A stretch of DNA of 4,369 bases from a virus (lineage: Duplodnaviria > Heunggongvirae > Uroviricota > Caudoviricetes), in IMG/VR virus record IMGVR_UViG_3300007747_000098; one strand, 5' to 3'. Under the pieces are notes generated by a model, which saw nothing but the letters and a program-made list of their open reading frames with translations, was not told the DNA's origin and ran no database searches. The position numbers were made by a program, and so were the translations under genes. Every line of letters starts with the position of its first letter. The stretch's first letter is position 1. Shown piece by piece: positions 1-4,369 of the stretch.

Positions 1-211
1 TATGTTCCCCGCATTCTGCGGCACAGATCAGCTCGGAAAGTTCGTTAAGTGCATCCAGATCATCAGCGTAAAAAGCCACGTCATACAGACTTCGGATTGC
101 TCTGGTCAATGAGTCACGGGCCGCACGTTCAGCATGAGCGCCTGATGCACTTAAGCGAAAATAAAAGCGCTCAAGTGCTTTGTTAATGAGAGTTTTATAT
201 TCTTTGCCCAT
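1..211 (-). CDS. Hypothetical phage early-region protein, N-terminal 70 aa only (C-terminus lies beyond the window start)
   Basis: ATG at 211..209 on the minus strand, open to position 2 with no stop. My translation: MGKEYKTLINKALERFYFRLSASGAHAERAARDSLTRAIRSLYDVAFYADDLDALNELSELICAAECGEH. AAGGG lies 8 nt upstream of the ATG, and the start is 11 nt after the stop of the upstream ORF (223..510), suggesting coupling. Not in the ORF track because it has no stop in the window. Confidence 0.5.
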   Translation of the reverse strand, partial: MGKEYKTLINKALERFYFRLSASGAHAERAARDSLTRAIRSLYDVAFYADDLDALNELSELICAAECGEH

Positions 212-222
212 CGCAACGCCCT

Positions 223-510
223 TTAATCTGCTTTCTGAATTTCAGTTTCTGAATCCATACAGATAATTTCGATATAGGGTTTATCGCCATTAACCTGACG
301 AGCCTTTTCAGCTTCGCTAATGATTTCGCGTACGGTCTGGTACGGAAGTTCCACGATCAGTCGCGTGCCGTTCAGATAAACGTAAGTGGCTTCGGCGGCT
401 CCGTTTTTCCCCGCCGGAGCCACTCCATCAATAGCGGATGCGCGTAATAACAGTTCACCGCGAAAATCAATAAAGCGGATAAATACACCTTGAGTATGGT
501 CTTTAGTCAT
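223..510 (-). CDS. Hypothetical protein, 95 aa
   Basis: Track ORF 223..570 trimmed to the internal ATG at 510 (MTKDHTQGV...), which has an AGGTG SD 5 nt upstream and sits 10 nt after the TAA stop (521-523) of the upstream ORF. The longer 570 start would overlap the upstream ORF by 50 nt. No motif I can recognise. Confidence 0.55.
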   Translation of the reverse strand: MTKDHTQGVFIRFIDFRGELLLRASAIDGVAPAGKNGAAEATYVYLNGTRLIVELPYQTVREIISEAEKARQVNGDKPYIEIICMDSETEIQKAD

Positions 511-520
511 AAAGCACCTG

Positions 521-862
521 TTATAAATCAGCCTGTTTAATAAAACTCTGTCCACGCAGCAGACGATCAACCGTGCGAAGCGCTTCGTATAATGTGAAAT
601 CCTGCCCGAACTGATTGTCGCCGCTGCTCAGAGCAAAAATGCGGTTTCCGGTAAACGGATTGCGCGGGCATTTGTGGACCACGATTCCAGCTTTCTCAAT
701 CAGCCAGGCATGCTCGCCGATTTGTTTTACTGGGTAGCCATCCGGCGTTGCGTGTGTATCACTCAGGCTGTAGCGGATGTTGCTGCGTGATGCACTGGTA
801 GCAAAACGGTTAGCGTGGCGTTCTGCACCATTGCGAAAGCGTGAATTACGTTGCTGTTTCAT
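521..862 (-). CDS. Hypothetical protein, 113 aa, with arginine-rich basic N-terminus
   Basis: Track ORF; ATG at 862..860 with a weak SD. First 30 residues (MKQQRNSRFRNGAERHANRFATSASRSNIRYS) are strongly basic. First gene of an apparent three-gene coupled operon on the minus strand. Function unknown. Confidence 0.5.
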   Translation of the reverse strand: MKQQRNSRFRNGAERHANRFATSASRSNIRYSLSDTHATPDGYPVKQIGEHAWLIEKAGIVVHKCPRNPFTGNRIFALSSGDNQFGQDFTLYEALRTVDRLLRGQSFIKQADL

Positions 863-883
863 GTTAAAGACTCTGTACAGATT

Positions 884-934
884 TAATTATTCCGGCATAG
901 AGGCCGAACTCAAAATATTTGCGATTAAATCGCA
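884..934 (-). promoter_or_regulatory. Predicted sigma70-like promoter plus upstream 15-bp perfect palindrome for the 862..1 operon
   Basis: On the minus strand: -35 TTGAGT (plus 913..908), 16-nt spacer, -10 AATAAT (plus 891..886), about 25 nt upstream of the ATG at 862. Perfect palindrome TGCGATTAAATCGCA at 920-934 sits 6 nt upstream of the -35 (centre near -50). Called by eye only. Confidence 0.3.
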
Positions 935-1114
935 TCGCATTGTTTTCACGTTTTGCGGACTGCTGGTTCATTTTCGTTTGCCTCCGCACATGAGAATTGC
1001 GCCGCTTAAGAGGTAACCGAAGTTAATTGATAGTATTACAATTAACATAAGGTCCAATTTGTCCATGCCACACATAATTACCCTCATTGCAGTAGTTGTG
1101 GGTTGTCAGGTTTC

Positions 1115-1321
1115 TCACCCGATAAACCAGATAACAAACGCTATCAACATCGCCCCAATAGCTGCCGGGAAAAGTCCTTTGGTATAAGCGGCGATATATT
1201 CAATGCTGAGTTCAATAAAGCGTTCTTTATGTCCCGTTAACTTGCGAAACAAATAGATCTCTATTACGCCTATCTCAATAAAAACAAGGGTCAGAATGGC
1301 GCTGATGATATGGCTGGTCAT
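1115..1321 (-). CDS. Small hydrophobic protein, 68 aa, likely two transmembrane segments
   Basis: Track ORF; ATG at 1321 is 6 nt after the cox-like TAG stop (1328-1330), suggesting translational coupling in the early operon. Two hydrophobic stretches (IISAILTLVFIEIGVIEIYLF and LFPAAIGAMLIAFVIWFIG) flank a charged loop (RKLTGHKERFIE). Confidence 0.45.
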   Translation of the reverse strand: MTSHIISAILTLVFIEIGVIEIYLFRKLTGHKERFIELSIEYIAAYTKGLFPAAIGAMLIAFVIWFIG

Positions 1322-1327
1322 TTATGA

Positions 1328-1615
1328 CTAAAGTCCCAGCCACAACAACCATGCGTCGCGGCGTTCTTTCGGTTGCTCAAAAAACGCTTTGCGCATGCCT
1401 TCGTTAAATGCTGGCAGATATACCCAGTTTTCTGATGCACGCGTCTTTACTGAACCTGGTTTCACAAAGTCAATTGTTGGTAGCTTTGCTGCGTCAATCA
1501 TGGTTCTGACTGTGGATTCCTTGCGGCCGATCATCTTGGCGAATAGTTGATATGGCACCGCTTCAAGTGGATATGGTGCTACCTGAATGAACCCCCCAAG
1601 CTCTGATTCGCTCAT
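1328..1615 (-). CDS. cox: Cox-like excisionase / early-operon regulator (P2 Cox family), 95 aa
   Basis: Track ORF; ATG at 1615 with AGGGAG SD 9 nt upstream. It is divergent from the repressor, about 90 aa, and contains motifs I recall from P2 Cox (PYQ-FAK-IG, TVR-MID-KLP, WVYLPA, WL-WLGL). Similarity is from memory, not a search. Confidence 0.75.
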   Translation of the reverse strand: MSESELGGFIQVAPYPLEAVPYQLFAKMIGRKESTVRTMIDAAKLPTIDFVKPGSVKTRASENWVYLPAFNEGMRKAFFEQPKERRDAWLLWLGL

Positions 1616-1728
1616 TGTGGTAATCTCCCTAATTCGTTCGAATGGCTCAAAATGGCTTATATCGGCTTATTTGAGTGTTTTTATATTTGTGCCCGATGTG
1701 GCATGTTGTGATGGAGGATATGCCCGAT
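1616..1728. promoter_or_regulatory. Divergent cox/C intergenic region (candidate lysogeny switch) with phased direct repeats
   Basis: 113 bp between the divergent cox and C starts. Three 7-bp repeats at exact 10-bp phasing (TGGCTCA 1643-1649, TGGCTTA 1653-1659, CGGCTTA 1663-1669). Two copies of a 15-mer with inverted outer arms (TGCCCGATGTGGCAT 1690-1704 and TGCCCGATATGGCAT 1721-1735), 31 bp apart; the second overlaps the C start codon. Confidence 0.5.
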
Positions 1729-2049
1729 ATGGCATCTTTGTCAAGCATGGGTGAAAAATTTCGCCTGATTCGTGAAGCAGAAGGTATGACCCGCCAGGAG
1801 TTTGCGGATTGTGTTGGGCTGCCTTATGGGACGGTAACTAACTATGAGGTGAGGGGGAAGCAAGTAACAGAGGGTGCCTTACTTAAGGTTACGAAACACC
1901 CTAAATTTAAGAAGTATGCTTATTGGTTATCAACAGATGAAACGATGCCGGAGGTCGGGCAAATTTCTCCGGCTCTCTCTCTTGATGGTTCCTGCAATTC
2001 GGAGGGAGATCGCGTTTCAACCGAAACAATCCAAAAATTATCCCGCTGA
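1729..2049 (+). CDS. C: P2 C-type immunity repressor (HTH), about 106 aa
   Basis: Track ORF 1675..2049 starts at a GTG. I prefer the ATG at 1729 (MASLSSMGEKF...) because GGAGGA at 1713-1718 sits 10 nt upstream and the length then matches a ~100-aa C repressor. HTH segment MTRQEFADCVGLPYGTVTNYE; C-terminal GQISPALS resembles P2 C as I recall it. It lies directly upstream of and co-oriented with int. Confidence 0.75.
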   Translation: MASLSSMGEKFRLIREAEGMTRQEFADCVGLPYGTVTNYEVRGKQVTEGALLKVTKHPKFKKYAYWLSTDETMPEVGQISPALSLDGSCNSEGDRVSTETIQKLSR

Positions 2050-2145
2050 GGCCAGAAAACTGGTTAGACCTGCTTTTTGTCTGGTCTGATTATTGCTGGA
2101 AAGAGGCTGGAGAAATTGTAGAGCGGTTCATTGGAGGGCTTCGTA

Positions 2146-3150
2146 ATGTCGATTAAGAAGCTCGAAGATGGTCGTTATTTGCTGGACATCAGGCCGAACG
2201 GACGCAAGGGAAAGCGCGTGCGTAAGGTATTTGACAAAAAATCGGTAGCGGTGGCCACTGAACGCTACATCATGGCGAACGCTGAAAAGCGGGAATATAT
2301 ACAGGGCTACCGTGATCGTCGAACGCTAAATGATTTGCTTGAGTTGTGGTGGATGTATCACGGCCAGCACAGGCGTAAGGCGGAAGAAGACCGAAAACAA
2401 CTGCGCAACATAATCAATGAGCTTGGCGCTGATATGCAGGCTGTGGCTCTTGATAAGCTGAAAATTATCGCGTGGCGTTCTCAAAAGATAGCTGATGGAT
2501 TGAAACCGTCATCTGCTAACAGGTACATGAATCGGTTATCCGGAATGTTTACCGTGCTGAAAAAAATAGGTCTTTGGGATGCAGAACATCCAGTAAGGGG
2601 AATTTCTATTCTTTATGTATCTCCACGAGAAATGGCGTTCCTGTCACAGAAGGAAGTGGCGCTATTGCTCGATACACTGGAGGGCGACTACTGGCGTGTT
2701 GCGCTTTTGTGTTTAAGCACAGGGGCGCGCTGGAGTGAAGCTTGTAAGCTTCGTGGTGAACAGATAGTTCATAACCGTGTAACGTTTCTTGAAACCAAAA
2801 ATGGCCGGAAGAGAACAGTGCCAATTTCGCAGGCAGTTTGTGAGGCGATCAAAACCAGAGAAACAGGCGGCTTGTTTGAGGTGAAGTACCGGGAATTCTG
2901 CCTGGCGCTGAAAAGAGTTAAGCCCGATTTACCAAAAGGCCAGGCTGCACATGTGCTGCGGCATACGTTCGCCAGCCATTTTGTGATGAACGGAGGAAAC
3001 ATTATTGCGCTTCAGAAGATTCTTGGTCACGCAACCATTCAGCAAACAATGGCATATGCGCATTTTGCACCGGATTACCTGCAGGATGCGGTGGCCCTTA
3101 ATCCGCTGAAAGGTGGCGTAAGTGTCCACGCAGTGTCCACGGGGGATTAA
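2146..3150 (+). CDS. int: Tyrosine recombinase / phage integrase, P2 Int-like, 334 aa
   Basis: Track ORF 2131..3150 starts at TTG. ATG at 2146 (MSIKKLEDGRYLLDIRPNGRKGKR...) has GGAGGG 7 nt upstream and matches the P2 Int N-terminus as I recall it (MAIKKLDDGRYEVDIRP). Tyrosine recombinase catalytic signatures are visible: LSTGARWSEA (Arg), HVLRHTFASH (His-x-x-Arg), ILGHATIQQTMAYAHF (Tyr region). Confidence 0.9.
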   Translation: MSIKKLEDGRYLLDIRPNGRKGKRVRKVFDKKSVAVATERYIMANAEKREYIQGYRDRRTLNDLLELWWMYHGQHRRKAEEDRKQLRNIINELGADMQAVALDKLKIIAWRSQKIADGLKPSSANRYMNRLSGMFTVLKKIGLWDAEHPVRGISILYVSPREMAFLSQKEVALLLDTLEGDYWRVALLCLSTGARWSEACKLRGEQIVHNRVTFLETKNGRKRTVPISQAVCEAIKTRETGGLFEVKYREFCLALKRVKPDLPKGQAAHVLRHTFASHFVMNGGNIIALQKILGHATIQQTMAYAHFAPDYLQDAVALNPLKGGVSVHAVSTGD

Positions 3151-3308
3151 TTTTATATAGCCTGAAACGGCTTAAAGGGCGATACTGAATAACAATTTTT
3201 CAGTATTGCCCGTCTAAATGGTTATGTTGTTATCTGTATGATTATTAATGTTTTTTCAGATTAAACAGCAGTTTGCAAATGGGCGTTTGTTGATAAAGGA
3301 GACTTAGA
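3151..3308. other. Candidate prophage attachment-site / phage-host junction region (attL or attR)
   Basis: AT-rich non-coding stretch between the int stop and the host pdxB RBS. Contains an 8-bp inverted repeat with 9-bp spacer (ATACTGAA 3182-3189 / TTCAGTAT 3199-3206), TTTTTCAG repeats and a small dyad AGCC-N6-GGCT (3159-3172). The core cannot be placed without the other prophage end or an empty site. Confidence 0.4.
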
Positions 3309-4369
3309 TTGTCAGAGACTGAAAAAGGGTTAAAAATCCTTGTTGATGAAAATATGCCTTATGCCCGCGACTTATTTAGCCGTTTGGGTGAGGTGACCGC
3401 GGTTCCCGGGCGTCCAATTCCTGTCGCTCAACTGGCAGACGCGGATGCGCTTATGGTGCGTTCGGTCACGAAAGTGAATGAATCTTTGCTGGCAGGAAAA
3501 CCCATTAAATTTGNNNNNNNNNNNNNNNNNNNNNNNNNNNNNNNNNNNNNNNNNNNNNNNNNNNNCAGACGCGGATGCGCTGATGGTGCGTTCGGTCACG
3601 AAAGTGAATGAATCTTTGCTGGCAGGAAAACCCATTAAATTTGTTGGCACTGCCACTGCGGGGACCGACCATGTCGATGAAGCATGGTTGAAGCAGGCGG
3701 GAATTGGTTTTTCCGCTGCACCTGGCTGTAATGCGATTGCGGTGGTGGAATATGTTTTCTCCTCACTACTGATGCTTGCCGAACGCGATGGATTTTCACT
3801 GCACGACCGTACGGTGGGGATCGTGGGCGTTGGTAACGTTGGACGTCGATTGCAGGCGCGACTGGAAGCGTTAGGGATTAAAACATTGCTTTGCGATCCG
3901 CCTCGCGCTGACCGTGGGGATGAGGGTGATTTCCGCTCGCTGGATGAATTAGTTCAGCATGCGGATATTCTGACTTTCCATACGCCACTCTTCAAAGATG
4001 GGCCGTACAAAACGCTGCATCTGGCGGATGAAAAACTGATCCGTAGCCTGAAGCCGGGAGCGATTCTGATTAACGCCTGCCGTGGCGCAGTCGTCGATAA
4101 TACTGCGTTGCTGACCTGCCTGAATGAAGGCCAGAAGTTAAGCGTAGTGCTGGATGTCTGGGAAGGCGAACCGGAACTTAACGTGGAGTTGCTGACAAAA
4201 GTGGATATCGGCACGCCGCATATCGCAGGTTATACCCTGGAAGGTAAAGCACGCGGTACTACGCAAGTGTTTGAAGCCTATAGCAAGTTTATTGGGCATG
4301 AACAGCACGTTGCGCTGGATACATTACTGCCCGCGCCAGAGTTTGGTCGCATTACGCTGCATGGCCCGC
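3309..4369 (+). CDS. pdxB: Erythronate-4-phosphate dehydrogenase PdxB, 3'-partial; reading frame interrupted in this assembly by an N-gap and duplication at 3514-3643
   Basis: Translation before the gap ([62 protein letters not shown]) and after it in frame +1 (…[23 protein letters not shown]…[12 protein letters not shown]…ITLHGP, open to the window end) matches E. coli PdxB as I recall it. Deleting the 130 extra bases restores one continuous frame. Start is either TTG 3309 (AAGGAG SD 3296-3301) or ATG 3354; see findings. Confidence 0.9.
3436..3513 (+). repeat. 78-bp direct duplication of pdxB coding sequence, copy 1 (left gap flank)
   Basis: Copy 1 at 3436-3513 and copy 2 at 3566-3643 are identical over 78 bp except one base (T at 3452 vs G at 3582; CTT vs CTG, both Leu). 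Confidence 0.9.
3514..3565. other. Run of 52 N (scaffold or assembly gap)
   Basis: Literal n characters in the sequence. Together with the 78-bp duplication this adds 130 bases (130 mod 3 = 1), which shifts pdxB from frame 0 to frame 1. Confidence 0.95.
3566..3643 (+). repeat. 78-bp direct duplication of pdxB coding sequence, copy 2 (right gap flank)
   Basis: See copy 1. Consistent with two contig ends that overlap by 78 bp being joined with an N spacer instead of merged. Confidence 0.9.

Larger units (their letters stand above)
1..3308. mobile_element. Integrase-proximal end of a P2-family prophage (partial; left boundary outside window, right boundary approximate within 3151-3335)
   Basis: Gene order cox(-)/C(+)/int(+) followed by a short AT-rich non-coding stretch and a host housekeeping gene matches the att-int-C-cox layout of P2-like phages. 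The exact att core cannot be set without the other prophage end. Confidence 0.7.

Noticed and set aside
777-1016. Plus-strand 79-aa ORF spanning the 5' end of the 862-521 ORF and the intergenic region
   Set aside because: Antisense to the start of a better-supported gene and to the predicted promoter, with no convincing SD. I treat this region as regulatory DNA for the minus-strand operon.
1874-2089. Plus-strand 71-aa ORF overlapping the 3' half of the C gene in another frame
   Set aside because: Out-of-frame overlap with a well-supported repressor gene, a basic low-complexity translation and no RBS.
2050-2145. Dyad symmetries between C and int (CCAG-AAAA-CTGG; AGACC-N12-GGTCT) as a possible terminator
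   Set aside because: Stems are only 4-5 bp with no following T-run. C and int are expected to be co-transcribed in P2-like phages, so a strong terminator here is unlikely.
2606-3129. Three minus-strand ORFs (2606-2824, 2769-3002, 2929-3129) from the six-frame track
   Set aside because: They lie entirely inside the integrase gene on the opposite strand, the integrase has clear catalytic motifs, and they overlap one another in different frames. Most likely antisense open frames by chance.
3122-3141. Tandem 9-bp repeat GTGTCCACG (3122-3130 and 3133-3141) at the 3' end of int, considered as possible Int arm-type sites
   Set aside because: It lies within coding sequence (SVHAVSTGD). With only two short copies and no further copies seen in the att region, I cannot separate it from coincidental codon repetition.
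3514-3565. The N run as a possible hidden insertion (for example an IS element) disrupting pdxB
   Set aside because: The flanks are the same 78 bp and pdxB reads continuously if the overlap is merged. An unmerged contig overlap explains this more simply than a real insertion.
3372-3656. Minus-strand 94-aa ORF spanning the N-gap
   Set aside because: It is antisense to pdxB and its translation runs through the N run (X residues). An artefact of the gap and duplication.
3954-4214. Minus-strand 86-aa ORF inside pdxB
   Set aside because: Antisense to a strongly supported conserved housekeeping gene; serine/threonine-rich low-complexity translation.
1-4369. tRNA, rRNA and CRISPR arrays
   Set aside because: No cloverleaf-like GC-rich 70-90 bp segments, no rRNA-like sequence, and no regularly spaced short repeat array. 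The integrase appears to target the protein-coding pdxB locus, not a tRNA.

Overview
This window appears to be the integrase-proximal end of a P2-family temperate prophage abutting the host gene pdxB (erythronate-4-phosphate dehydrogenase, Escherichia/Shigella-like). From left to right: three translationally coupled minus-strand ORFs of unknown function (the leftmost runs off the window), a ~250 bp intergenic region with a predicted promoter and a 15-bp perfect palindrome, a 68-aa hydrophobic ORF, a Cox-like gene, a divergent C-type HTH repressor, a tyrosine integrase, a ~160 bp AT-rich candidate att region, and then pdxB. pdxB is interrupted by a 52-N gap flanked by a 78-bp duplication, which I read as an assembly artefact. 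All homology calls are from reading the translations and from memory of P2 Int/C/Cox and E. coli PdxB; no search was run. The most interesting points are the prophage-host junction at the pdxB 5' end (the codon at the canonical initiator position is TTA, and an upstream TTG with a strong SD could take over initiation) and the uncharacterised three-gene operon. I found no tRNA, rRNA or CRISPR array.
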